The notes under the pieces are model-generated. The model saw only the letters and a list, made by a program, of their open reading frames with translations, did not search any database and was not told the DNA's origin. This document shows, in pieces, positions 37,954 through 47,142 of a stretch of DNA of 64,000 nt. Within the stretch, counting starts at the first letter, position 1. Every line of letters begins with the position of its first letter. The stretch is taken from the NCBI GenBank assembly GCA_040218415.1, contig JAVJRN010000065.1, forward strand, positions 1-64,000, written 5' to 3'. The position numbers were made by a program, and so were the translations under genes. Source of the stretch: Cyclobacteriaceae bacterium. Lineage in GTDB: Bacteria; Bacteroidota; Bacteroidia; Cytophagales; Cyclobacteriaceae.

Positions 37954-38634
37954 ATGAAAAAAAGCGAGATGGATTTTCAAAAATTATATGACTTTTTACG
38001 AGAATTAAATACGAGTGACAACAACGATAAAAGCTGGATGGACGATCATCGTGATGGATACGAAGAAGTCCGAGACAGTTACATTTCGTTTCTTGATGAC
38101 CTAAACTCATATTTTAAACAAACAGATCCTAACTACCAGGACACCACTGGGCGAAGAGCGATCAATCGGATCAATAACAATAAAATGTTTCATCCTGAAA
38201 AACCCACTTATAAAGATCATTTTGGGGCTTCATTGGATAAGGCTGAAAATAAGGCTGAATTTTATATTCATCTAGGGATAAATACCTCATTTGTAGCGTG
38301 TGGATTTTATCATGTGCCGAACGACAAACTGAAATTAATCCGTCAAGAAATTGATTATAATGGAAGCGAGCTAGAAAAAATTCTTAATCATCAGGATTTC
38401 AAAAAAACCTTTGGAGGTCTTTGGACAGGCGATTCTTTAAAAACTTCCCCTAAGGGCTATTCAAGCGATCATCCAAGAATAGAGTGGATCAGATTAAAAA
38501 GTTTTGTGGTGCAAAAAGACTTCACCGAGCACGAAGTGGTCAATGGAGGATTTAAAGAACAATTGATTCAACTTTATGAACTCATGCTTCCTTTCAGAAG
38601 GTTTTTGGATATGGCTGTAGATGAACCAGCATAA
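37954..38634 (+). CDS. DUF2461 (TIGR02453-like) family hypothetical protein
   Basis: 226 aa. ...FQKLYDFLRELNTSDNNDKSWMDDHRDGYEEVRDSYISFLDDL... and ...FYIHLG...FVACGFYH... resemble the TIGR02453 family. Not profile-verified. Confidence 0.5.
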   Translation: MKKSEMDFQKLYDFLRELNTSDNNDKSWMDDHRDGYEEVRDSYISFLDDLNSYFKQTDPNYQDTTGRRAINRINNNKMFHPEKPTYKDHFGASLDKAENKAEFYIHLGINTSFVACGFYHVPNDKLKLIRQEIDYNGSELEKILNHQDFKKTFGGLWTGDSLKTSPKGYSSDHPRIEWIRLKSFVVQKDFTEHEVVNGGFKEQLIQLYELMLPFRRFLDMAVDEPA

Positions 38635-38638
38635 TTAA

Positions 38639-39784
38639 TCAATCTCTGATGAAATAGTCCGTTTTCCCAAAAGCAAGCATCATTTTCATGGCTTGCTGAT
38701 TCCACCAAATACCCTGAATATTTTCTGGCAGATCAAGTAGTTTTTTTCTCATCTCCCCCTGAGTCATTGATTTGCTTGCCAGCATCCATGACACTTGTCC
38801 CATAGTTGGAACTTGGGTATGATAAGGCAATACTTCGTAGGAAAGTGTTTTTATTAAATTTTGACGTTCCTTAAACAGTTTCGCTTGTAGATATGGATTT
38901 CCCGATTGGAAAACAATAATTCCTTCAGGCAGCAACATCGGTTCTATTTTTTGTATAAAAGCAATCAGCCCATCATTAGGAACCTCTTGGTCGATATAAA
39001 TGATATCAAAAGTGGAAGAGTCAGCGAGATACTGGTTCAACTTTGCCTCAACGATTTTCGAACCAGTAGTAATCTCCAAAATGCCTTCATTTTTAGTCAC
39101 AAAATCAAAGTACTTATTGTCGAAAGGAGCAATCGAGATATGACTGACTTTTTTCGACTGATTCAGTTGGTCGATGATGAGATGATTGTCGCCTCCGATG
39201 ATCAAAACGTTGGCTGGTTCTGTTTTTAAATAAAGTGCTGGAAGCGCATATGCTTCAGCCAATAAGTGTTTGTCTAAAGTAGAAAACTGCAATTTTCCCC
39301 CATAATGTAGCCAGAAATCATCTTTCCATTCCACTATTTGCGCATCTGCGAATGTGGTTTTTTTTGAGTCTATGACTTTGTCAGTAAAATATTTTTGAGA
39401 GGGAGGCATGGAGTATGGGATAAACCAAACGCCAACGAGCATACCGATACCCAGAAAGTGATTCCTGATTTTTTGTGTTTGACCTATGGCATAGCTACAG
39501 GCGATGGCAACTATAAAAATACTCATCCAACTCTGATTGTAACGCGTGATAAGTTCTGCAACAATAGGCTGAAGCAGTAAAGGAAAAATAAGCGGGATCA
39601 GTAAAAACACTACTTTAAAAAGGTCATTAACTTGATACCGACTTCCTAACCACCAACTAGCCACCACAGTAAAAAATAGTGCGATTTGGTTAGCTAATTC
39701 AAATGGAAAATAAAATTGGTAGATATGAAAGCACCATGTAAAAAGTAGGGCTAAATAAACAAGTTGAGGAAGCTTTTCTTTCAC
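38639..39784 (-). CDS. second membrane-anchored aminopropyltransferase-like protein (divergent; degenerate dcSAM motif)
   Basis: 381 aa. N-terminal TM helices, then ...NVLIIGGDNHLIIDQL..., ...ISIAPFDNKYF... and ...FDIIYIDQEVPNDG.... The architecture is SpeE-like, but the GGGDG box is replaced by GGDNH. Confidence 0.5.
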   Translation of the reverse strand: MKEKLPQLVYLALLFTWCFHIYQFYFPFELANQIALFFTVVASWWLGSRYQVNDLFKVVFLLIPLIFPLLLQPIVAELITRYNQSWMSIFIVAIACSYAIGQTQKIRNHFLGIGMLVGVWFIPYSMPPSQKYFTDKVIDSKKTTFADAQIVEWKDDFWLHYGGKLQFSTLDKHLLAEAYALPALYLKTEPANVLIIGGDNHLIIDQLNQSKKVSHISIAPFDNKYFDFVTKNEGILEITTGSKIVEAKLNQYLADSSTFDIIYIDQEVPNDGLIAFIQKIEPMLLPEGIIVFQSGNPYLQAKLFKERQNLIKTLSYEVLPYHTQVPTMGQVSWMLASKSMTQGEMRKKLLDLPENIQGIWWNQQAMKMMLAFGKTDYFIRD

Positions 39785-39787
39785 GCC

Positions 39788-40090
39788 TTAAACAGATGAA
39801 ATGGCGAGATCAAAATAGGAACCAATGTTTCTTTTGAAATCCAAATACATGGTTTCATTGCAACTACTCAACTCAAGGTAGGATTTATTTTCCTCAGGAA
39901 ATGTGTGCAAGGCACAATGGCTTTCCGCCAATAACCATAAGCCTGTATAGCCTTGTGGTTCGAAATGATGGTCAATGTAGTTGAGTATCGTAAAACCAGA
40001 CTGCTCCAGAAGTTCAACAATTCTAGACTTAATGGTGTCTTCGTTACATCCTTTTATCCAAGTATTATAGTTATCTATTTTCGCTTCCAA
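39788..40090 (-). CDS. speH: S-adenosylmethionine decarboxylase proenzyme (small Bacillus-type, pyruvoyl-dependent)
   Basis: 100 aa. ...FEPQGYTGLWLLAESHCALHTFPEEN... carries the self-processing Glu-Ser site (ESHxxxHTFPE). Its stop is 4 bp upstream of the 38639..39784 gene's start, consistent with operon/translational coupling. Confidence 0.8.
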   Translation of the reverse strand: MEAKIDNYNTWIKGCNEDTIKSRIVELLEQSGFTILNYIDHHFEPQGYTGLWLLAESHCALHTFPEENKSYLELSSCNETMYLDFKRNIGSYFDLAISSV

Positions 40091-40392
40091 GGGATTTTAT
40101 AATTGCCTGATTATTGACTCTAGCATTTGTTCCTATTGCGTACGCTATCTGCGAGCGCAAGGATGCACATAATCAAACTAAATATGAATGGCTTGTTAGA
40201 ATATTTATAAGATTCTACAGAACTCAACGAAATTGCTCATTTTCTTTTAATAGCCATCTTCTTTGATTGAGTTAAAAAAATATTTAGAACATCAGAAAGC
40301 TCAACCCACCTTGTTTTCGAATTGAATAATCGTCCTCAAAGTTGACTTGTTTGTTTTAAGGTGTACCAAACGCCCAAATTGAAAAGGAAAAC

Positions 40393-40836
40393 TTACGAAT
40401 CAATCAATGCAATTTTACGATCGTTAAAAATAGATTTTAATGCTTTCAGGTCTATATCGCGTGTCACTTCAACCCAGCAGACTTTCATCTCTTTGACATA
40501 GCTCTGACCTGCCAACCAAGTCCTATACCCAAAATGATTTGCCACGTTTTTTAGCTGATCACGATCAGTCTTGCGTTTACCTCTTATTAGATTTTGAATT
40601 TCCTGAAGTACTTTCGAGGATGATCCAACAATTACTGGATTATTCCGATAGGAATAGATAACGAATAGCCCTTTAAAATCTTGAAGGTGACCGGTTTCAA
40701 ACTTTAATGTTTCGATTCCATTACCATGCTTGAAAAACAAGTTCATTGGAAATCCATTGAATTTGAACTGTTTGATAAAATCTATTTTACCCTTAAGTCT
40801 TTTCGATATTGTCTTATTGATCGTCAATTGTTCCAT
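40393..40836 (-). CDS. hypothetical protein with GIY-YIG-like nuclease motif
   Basis: 147 aa. ...FKGLFVIYSYRNNPVIVGSSSKVLQEIQNLIRGKR... resembles the GIY...YIG...R core. A downstream Glu candidate is present (...WVEVTRD...). Weak call. Confidence 0.35.
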   Translation of the reverse strand: MEQLTINKTISKRLKGKIDFIKQFKFNGFPMNLFFKHGNGIETLKFETGHLQDFKGLFVIYSYRNNPVIVGSSSKVLQEIQNLIRGKRKTDRDQLKNVANHFGYRTWLAGQSYVKEMKVCWVEVTRDIDLKALKSIFNDRKIALIDS

Positions 40837-40851
40837 GATTTCTATAAGGTT

Positions 40852-41010
40852 TTATACCATAGAAGTACCACAATAATGCCAACCCAAAAAGAGGCCTTTT
40901 TTATCGGGGAGCAGCAATAGTCTTTTGAGTATGTGGATAAAAAGCCCCATCATGATCAAAATTCCCCAGAATAGATTGACAACAATGGCTTTTGAGAGGT
41001 TATTTGACAT
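40852..41010 (-). CDS. possible 52-aa hydrophobic peptide upstream of the GIY-YIG-like gene
   Basis: Below the track cutoff. MSNNLSKAIVVNLFWGILIMMGLFIHILKRLLLLPDKKGLFLGWHYCGTSMV ends 15 bp before the GIY-YIG-like start. May be spurious. Confidence 0.15.
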   Translation of the reverse strand: MSNNLSKAIVVNLFWGILIMMGLFIHILKRLLLLPDKKGLFLGWHYCGTSMV

Positions 41011-41044
41011 GGTATAATCTTTGACTTTTTAATTCAAAAAAAAT

Positions 41045-41440
41045 ATGAGGACTATGAAAAATGAAATATTGTTGATTTATGATTCCAATGACTTTCAAAA
41101 CAGGGAAACCAAAGGTTATGCGAAAGCCTTGAGCGATCATAAGATCAAAGAAATAGATCTGTCAAAAGACTCACTTACTGAAAAGCAGATAGGTCAATTG
41201 GCAGAGAGGCTTGGCGGGATCAATGCGATAATCAATAAAAATAAGGCAAAATTTCAAGATCAATTCGCAAATAGCGGAATGGAAGAAGGAGATTGGTTAA
41301 AGGTACTCTCCCAAAACCAAGATTTGATTAAGAGTCCAGTTGCACTGTATCCAAACACAGCAGAGTTTATTAATTCACCTTATGAATTTTTGAGAAAGGA
41401 TATGAACGACAATAAGCACAGTTTTTCCTACCAGAAATAA
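41045..41440 (+). CDS. ArsC/Spx/YffB-family-like thioredoxin-fold protein lacking the catalytic cysteine
   Basis: 131 aa. The ILLIYDSNDFQNRETKGYAK...IKEIDL...LTEKQIGQLAERLG...LIKSPVAL pattern parallels YffB/ArsC (ITLYGIKNCDT...), but the Cys positions are Ser/Asn. Confidence 0.4.
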   Translation: MRTMKNEILLIYDSNDFQNRETKGYAKALSDHKIKEIDLSKDSLTEKQIGQLAERLGGINAIINKNKAKFQDQFANSGMEEGDWLKVLSQNQDLIKSPVALYPNTAEFINSPYEFLRKDMNDNKHSFSYQK

Positions 41441-41494
41441 TTGACGAAGTACAACTAAGTTTCGAGAATAAGATACTTTTGAAGAAAAAAAGCC

Positions 41495-42520
41495 ATGAGT
41501 AAAATTCTCGTCACAGGAGGCGCTGGTTATATTGGGTCGCATACAGTAGTTGAACTTATTGAAGCTGGATTTGAAGTTGTAATCGTTGATGATTTATCCA
41601 ATTCTCAAGCAAAGGTCATTGACCAAATCAAAGAAATAACTGGAGTAGAAGTACCACTTCACGTTTTCGACTTATGTGATAACCAAAAGCTTACTGAGTT
41701 CTTTGACGAGGAATCTGGGTTTGATGGAATTATTCATTTTGCTGCTAAAAAAGCCGTGGGGGAATCGGTACTAAAGCCACTTTACTACTATCAAAGTAAT
41801 TTGATTTCCTTGATGAATTTGTTGGAAGCAATGAATAAGTACAGTATCAAGAACTTGGTATTTTCTTCCAGCTGTACCGTTTATGGGCAGCCAGATAAGT
41901 TGCCTGTATCTGAGCTTACACCGAGAAAAGATGCAGAGTCACCTTATGGCAATACCAAAAGAATAAGTGAAGATATCATTAGAGATTATGCAGGAGTCAG
42001 TCCGGATAAATCTACCATTGCTCTAAGATATTTTAATCCTGTGGGAGCGCATGAGTCAGGATTGATCGGCGAGTTGCCAAGCGGAGTTCCAAACAATCTC
42101 ATGCCTTTTATATCTCAAACGGCGATCGGTTTGCGGGAAGAATTAAAGGTTTTTGGCGGAGATTACCCAACCAAAGATGGTTCTGCTGTCCGTGATTATA
42201 TTCATGTCGTGGATTTGGCAAAAGCACACGTGATCAGCTTAACCCGACTTTTGAACGATAAGCAAAAGAAGAACTATGAGTTTTTCAACCTTGGAACTGG
42301 GAGCGGCTATTCTGTTTTGGAAGTAATTCACGCTTTTGAAAAGATCAATGGGGTCAAAGTAAATCATAAAATTGTAGATAGAAGAGCAGGAGACGTGGTA
42401 CAAATTTATGCTGATACCACATTTGCTAATGACGAATTGGGTTGGAAAACAGCGCTTGACTTGGACGCTATGGTAAAGTCTACTTGGGTTTGGGAACAGA
42501 ATTTGGCAAAAGCTAAATAG
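41495..42520 (+). CDS. galE: UDP-glucose 4-epimerase
   Basis: 341 aa. MSKILVTGGAGYIGSHTVVELIEAGFEVVIVDDLSNS..., with the YxxxK and ...NPVGAHESG... motifs of GalE. Confidence 0.85.
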   Translation: MSKILVTGGAGYIGSHTVVELIEAGFEVVIVDDLSNSQAKVIDQIKEITGVEVPLHVFDLCDNQKLTEFFDEESGFDGIIHFAAKKAVGESVLKPLYYYQSNLISLMNLLEAMNKYSIKNLVFSSSCTVYGQPDKLPVSELTPRKDAESPYGNTKRISEDIIRDYAGVSPDKSTIALRYFNPVGAHESGLIGELPSGVPNNLMPFISQTAIGLREELKVFGGDYPTKDGSAVRDYIHVVDLAKAHVISLTRLLNDKQKKNYEFFNLGTGSGYSVLEVIHAFEKINGVKVNHKIVDRRAGDVVQIYADTTFANDELGWKTALDLDAMVKSTWVWEQNLAKAK

Positions 42521-42532
42521 TCAGGTCTTGAG

Positions 42533-43717
42533 TTGAAAATTTTCATCATACCGTCATGGCAGCCATCTGATCGCTTCCCCACAACAGGGATTTTTTTTTA
42601 TGATCAAGCACGAGTATTGGCTCAGCAGAAGCCAGATTGGCAGATCGCCATCAGTTCGTGGGGTAGTCATGATTCGAGGCTTTGGTTGACTCCTTTGCGA
42701 CCGTTGGACTTTTTTCTAAAGCAGCTTTCTAAGCTGCCAATTTCGAGAAAAGAAGTTTTGATCACTCCTAATTTGGTCGAGTTTTTTAACCCTTGTCATA
42801 CTTGGTCGCGACGATTATTCTCAGGGAATCTTCCTAAGATTATTCAGAAGAACGAGGAAAATTTACTAAAATTCATGGCTTATTATGGTAAGCCGGATGT
42901 AATCCACGCACAGGTTTCTTTTCCTGCTGGATATATTGCAATGGAGCTTGCCAGCAAATTTGATATTCCTTTTGTTATCACGGAGCATATGTCTCCATTT
43001 CCAATGCCTGGTGTAAAGGATGTGCTAAAGAAAAAAATACTTCCCGCTTTGCGCGTTGCAAATAAGGTGATGGTGGTGAGTCAACATTTGAAGGAAAAGC
43101 TGAAAACTTATCAAATTAAATCAGAGTTAGCAGCCAATTTTATTGATGAAATTTTTTTCAATGTTGGTGAAGCATCCAATCTAGGTAATCAATTTACGCT
43201 TGTAGCTGTTGGTCGGTTGGAAAAGCAAAAAAATTATCCACTTTTAATTAAAGCTGTAGATGAACTCAGACAGCAAGGCCTTGACTTACAACTGAAAATT
43301 GCGGGTGAGGGTACTGAGCGCAAAAAAATCAGCGAATTGATTCAACGTTTAGGACTGCAATCTCAGATTGAATTATTGGGCGATATAGAAAAAGATTCAT
43401 TGAAGTTATTGCTTCACTCAGCTCATCGGTTTGTGAGTTCAAGCCTACACGAAAACATGCCTGTAGCTATTTTAGAAGCCCTTGCCTGTGGTTTGCCTGT
43501 CATTTCTACACCTTGGCAGGGTGCCGATAAAATGATGGATTTTGAAATATCAGAAATTGCGCCAAGCTTTGACCTGAATGATTTCTCTAAGGCTATTTCA
43601 CAGTCAGTAGGCAAGGCGTATAATAAGGAACAAATTCGACAATTTTACATCAATCGATATGGTAATAAGGTGGTCATCAATGAACTAGAAAGCACCTATC
43701 AATCGGCCATTCTGTAA
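42533..43717 (+). CDS. glycosyltransferase family 4 (GT-B, retaining)
   Basis: 394 aa. ...FVSSSLHENMPVAILEALACGLPVISTPWQGADKMM... has the EX7E-type C-terminal motif. Starts 13 bp after galE. Confidence 0.7.
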   Translation: MKIFIIPSWQPSDRFPTTGIFFYDQARVLAQQKPDWQIAISSWGSHDSRLWLTPLRPLDFFLKQLSKLPISRKEVLITPNLVEFFNPCHTWSRRLFSGNLPKIIQKNEENLLKFMAYYGKPDVIHAQVSFPAGYIAMELASKFDIPFVITEHMSPFPMPGVKDVLKKKILPALRVANKVMVVSQHLKEKLKTYQIKSELAANFIDEIFFNVGEASNLGNQFTLVAVGRLEKQKNYPLLIKAVDELRQQGLDLQLKIAGEGTERKKISELIQRLGLQSQIELLGDIEKDSLKLLLHSAHRFVSSSLHENMPVAILEALACGLPVISTPWQGADKMMDFEISEIAPSFDLNDFSKAISQSVGKAYNKEQIRQFYINRYGNKVVINELESTYQSAIL

Positions 43718-43848
43718 TAACATCCTCTCATATTAACTTCTGTTCTATTCATTGTCAATCTGCAAACCAAATTGACTAAAGTTTAATGCAGATGAAGTGG
43801 GCAATTCGATTGAAACAAAATTTGAGTCAAGTCTCTTAGTTCATGGGA

Positions 43849-44673
43849 CTATTGTATTTCAGCTCTTAACTCTGTGACGGTGCTATCTGCGGCACCCATC
43901 CTTTTTTTGAAAGTATGTAAGCCTGCTTGTATTTCGCCTTTTATGGAGGATTTTCCGAGATCTAAGTATTTTAAACCGTCGTTCTGCGCATCATAATATA
44001 TTTTATCCAAAAGGTAAACCATGGGATGCATCTTCTTCATCGATTGACTTGTAGCAGGCAGATAATAATATCGTATATCCTCGGTGGCATCTACGGTTAT
44101 CACTGCAGCTGCCCATTTGCGGTCATAAGTGGCAGTGTATAGTTTATATTTTCCGTGAGTACTTTTAACCAGATTTAGTAATTTTTCTTCAGAAATATTG
44201 ATCGTTAGACCTTGCTCTCGTCGACATTTAGCAATAAAATAATGCGCCGTTTCGAAATCCTCCCTTACTTCTATATGCAGTGATGTTTCTTTTGCAAGAA
44301 TGCGCTTTTCCATCACATGAATTTCGCGGTGATTTAGATTTACATATTGATTCACCTCTTCCATAGAGCTCTCGAAATTATGGTTGAGCATTTGCTTTAA
44401 GGGTACAAACTGATCATAGTAAGCAGGTGGTTGAATTATTGAAATACTGTTGACTCCATTTGCTCTTAATTTCGCCTTCATGTTTTCAATAAATTTGCTT
44501 AAATCCTCATTCGAATACTCTGCTTTTGTCATAATACCACCAAAAGGCGCTTGAGAAATACTAACAGCCTGATTTTTGAGAATGTTAAAACAGATAAAGA
44601 ATTGATGCGTCTCTATTTTTAGTAAATTCGAGTAATTTTGATTTATCAAATAATGGTCTGAATAGTAAATCAT
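43849..44673 (-). CDS. hypothetical protein (possibly GNAT/FemAB-like acyltransferase fold)
   Basis: 274 aa with no confident motif. Adjacent to glycosyltransferase/GalE genes. Confidence 0.3.
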   Translation of the reverse strand: MIYYSDHYLINQNYSNLLKIETHQFFICFNILKNQAVSISQAPFGGIMTKAEYSNEDLSKFIENMKAKLRANGVNSISIIQPPAYYDQFVPLKQMLNHNFESSMEEVNQYVNLNHREIHVMEKRILAKETSLHIEVREDFETAHYFIAKCRREQGLTINISEEKLLNLVKSTHGKYKLYTATYDRKWAAAVITVDATEDIRYYYLPATSQSMKKMHPMVYLLDKIYYDAQNDGLKYLDLGKSSIKGEIQAGLHTFKKRMGAADSTVTELRAEIQ

Positions 44674-44787
44674 TGCATCCTTATTCTTTAATTAAGTGTC
44701 ACCAAAGTTACGGAATGCATGGTTTGGATTGTTCATTTTTTAATTAACCGATTTTAAACCGACGACAAGTTTTACTTATTCAAGCAA

Positions 44788-45957
44788 ATGGGCATACAAA
44801 AAGTGGCACAAAACAGAAAGTTTATCGCACGACATACAGTTCTACTTATTATAGCCATATTTTTTTCTCAGTCTGTACACGGACAACTCTTCAAAAATGC
44901 AGAAAATGTAAGATTGGTGACTCGCTCTGTCAATTTCATATATAGCATGCAGTCTGATTCTGCACTCTATTACGCTGAGCGTGTTGAGGAAAAAATTCCT
45001 CAGCATCCGGTAGTGCCCATGTTGCGGGCGGTCAATTTGATGTGGCAGACTTTGCCCTATGTTACCGTTGATACAACTTTTGAAAAATTCAAGAAACATC
45101 TTTATGAGGTGGTAGAAAAAGCGATTGCCATTGATGGAGGTAAACAGAAAAACACGGAAGCTATATTTTTTGAAATGGCAGCCAGAGGATTATTGTCCGA
45201 ATATTACGCAGATACTGATAATTACATGAAAGCTGTAAATGAGGCAAGCAAAGCTTATGGATTATTAAAAAAGGCGTTTGATATGACGGAGGAGATCTCT
45301 GATTTTCTATTTGCCGTTGGTATTTACAATTATTTTCGTGAGGCATACCCTGAAAAGTATCCTGTATATAAATCATTTGTGTGGGTATTTAGAAATGGCG
45401 ACAAGTCAAAAGGTATACAGCAATTGAAACTCGCTTCCGAGAAGGCTTTGATTGTAAATATTGAAGCTACTATGTATTTAGCCTACTTATACTTGAGGTA
45501 TGAATACAAGCCAGCGTTGGCTCAAGATTATTTACGAAAACTGGTGATTCAATTTCCTAAAAATTCATACATACGCACGAAATATTTAGAATCTGTCGCA
45601 ATTGACCCGCGTGCTTTTAGTCAAGCAAAACCGCACGATTTTCAAATGATTGCCTCAGATGGAAGACTATATTATTCAGTGGCAGCTTTTGCTTTTGAAG
45701 GGCTCTATCATGAATGGACTCAGGAGGATTATCAAAAGGCTGAGGAATTATACAAACGTGCGCTAAGTATTGGTTCTAGTCTAAAGGATCGAGGCGAATA
45801 TTTGAAAAGTCTTTGCTACCTTGGACTCGGGAGAATTCATCAAAGCAAAGGTGACCTAGCTATGGCCAAGTATTATTTAGGCCAAGCCAAAGCCACTGCT
45901 GAAACTGCCGATATCAAAACTGAAGCCCAAGAAAGGTTAGATAATTTAGGTGACTGA
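44788..45957 (+). CDS. secreted tetratricopeptide-repeat protein
   Basis: 389 aa. Signal peptide (...IIAIFFSQSVHGQ) and TPR-like helical repeats (...AEELYKRALSIG..., ...GLGRIHQSKGDLAMAKYYLGQA...). Confidence 0.5.
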   Translation: MGIQKVAQNRKFIARHTVLLIIAIFFSQSVHGQLFKNAENVRLVTRSVNFIYSMQSDSALYYAERVEEKIPQHPVVPMLRAVNLMWQTLPYVTVDTTFEKFKKHLYEVVEKAIAIDGGKQKNTEAIFFEMAARGLLSEYYADTDNYMKAVNEASKAYGLLKKAFDMTEEISDFLFAVGIYNYFREAYPEKYPVYKSFVWVFRNGDKSKGIQQLKLASEKALIVNIEATMYLAYLYLRYEYKPALAQDYLRKLVIQFPKNSYIRTKYLESVAIDPRAFSQAKPHDFQMIASDGRLYYSVAAFAFEGLYHEWTQEDYQKAEELYKRALSIGSSLKDRGEYLKSLCYLGLGRIHQSKGDLAMAKYYLGQAKATAETADIKTEAQERLDNLGD

Positions 45958-46558
45958 AGAAGCGTATAAAACCATCATGAGACCCACAGAAGGTCTTTAC
46001 AAAGAAAAGGGGAGTAAATTCATAGCGCATGCTTTTCCCATAGGTCAGGATGCTGATATCTCTGATCATCTGTCAGAACTTCGTAAAAAATATCATGACG
46101 CAAGGCACCATTGTTATGCCTATATTCTTGGAATGGAAAACCCCATAGCCAGAGCCAACGATGATGGAGAGCCGAGCCACTCCGCAGGAGACCCTATTCT
46201 TGGTCAAATTAGATCTCATGGACTGGTGAACGTGCTAGTAGTGGTAGTGAGATATTTTGGAGGAACCAAACTTGGCGTTGGTGGCCTCATCAGTGCCTAC
46301 AAAACTGCCGCACATGAAGCTTTGCTGCTAGCAAAGACTATGGAAATCTTTCCAGAAAAAAACTTTGTCATTACTTTCTCCTACGACGATACTTCGCAAG
46401 TGGAGCGCGTACTCAACCAATTCGAAATCAACTGGAAGGATCGATCTTATCTCGATCAATGTGAGTTTAGGGGTATTATGCGCAAGTCAGACTTTAAATT
46501 ATTTGCTGAAAAAATTGAGGAATTGAGAATTTCAACTGTTGCGCTATTGAATCAATAA
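45950..46558 (+). CDS. YigZ/IMPACT-family (UPF0029) protein
   Basis: 202 aa. ...KGSKFIAHAFPI..., ...ARHHCYAYILG... and ...DDGEPSHSAGDPIL... are IMPACT N-domain signatures. Confidence 0.8.
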   Translation: MTEEAYKTIMRPTEGLYKEKGSKFIAHAFPIGQDADISDHLSELRKKYHDARHHCYAYILGMENPIARANDDGEPSHSAGDPILGQIRSHGLVNVLVVVVRYFGGTKLGVGGLISAYKTAAHEALLLAKTMEIFPEKNFVITFSYDDTSQVERVLNQFEINWKDRSYLDQCEFRGIMRKSDFKLFAEKIEELRISTVALLNQ

Positions 46559-47142
46559 ACAAATCCTTTCGCATCAAGCAGGTTGAATATTTTGATACAA
46601 ATCCAAGCATCAGTAGCCGCATATCGCTGTTGTGCTTCCGATAAAGTACCATTTTCCCAATTTGAAGTTTGCTGACTTTTAGAGACACGATGTTCAAGAA
46701 AAATGCCAGATAAACTACGCATGCCTATCTGTTTAATACCTAGCTCTTTAGAAATATCATTCAAATCATCAAAGCCTGCAGGTTTAAAACTAGGCTCCAT
46801 TTTCATAAGGTCTTTTAAATCATCTTTGATACTGATGCCAATTTTTTGAATGTCTTTGTTTGACAATAACTCAATTAATGGAGCAGTAAAACCTATTTCA
46901 TTGATCTTGAATAAGAATGCTTCATCTTCTGTAGCGAGTTGTATCAAGGCGGTTTTATTATACTCGCCTTTATTGAACGTTGGTTTTGTTTCCGTATCAA
47001 AACCTAATACCGACTGTTCGTTTAGTACTTTGAGGGCTTCTTTTTGTTTGTCAAAAGTATTAACAATATGTATTTTGTCTTCAAATTTTATGAGCGGTAA
47101 TTGTTGGACTTCTTCTTTTGTTATTGATTCTCTAAAGGTCAT
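46552..47142 (-). CDS. 3'-5' exonuclease domain protein (DEDDy, RNase D/WRN-exo-like)
   Basis: 196 aa. ...VLGFDTETKPTF... (Exo I) and ...YAATDAWICIKIF... (Exo III with Tyr). Confidence 0.7.
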   Translation of the reverse strand: MTFRESITKEEVQQLPLIKFEDKIHIVNTFDKQKEALKVLNEQSVLGFDTETKPTFNKGEYNKTALIQLATEDEAFLFKINEIGFTAPLIELLSNKDIQKIGISIKDDLKDLMKMEPSFKPAGFDDLNDISKELGIKQIGMRSLSGIFLEHRVSKSQQTSNWENGTLSEAQQRYAATDAWICIKIFNLLDAKGFVY

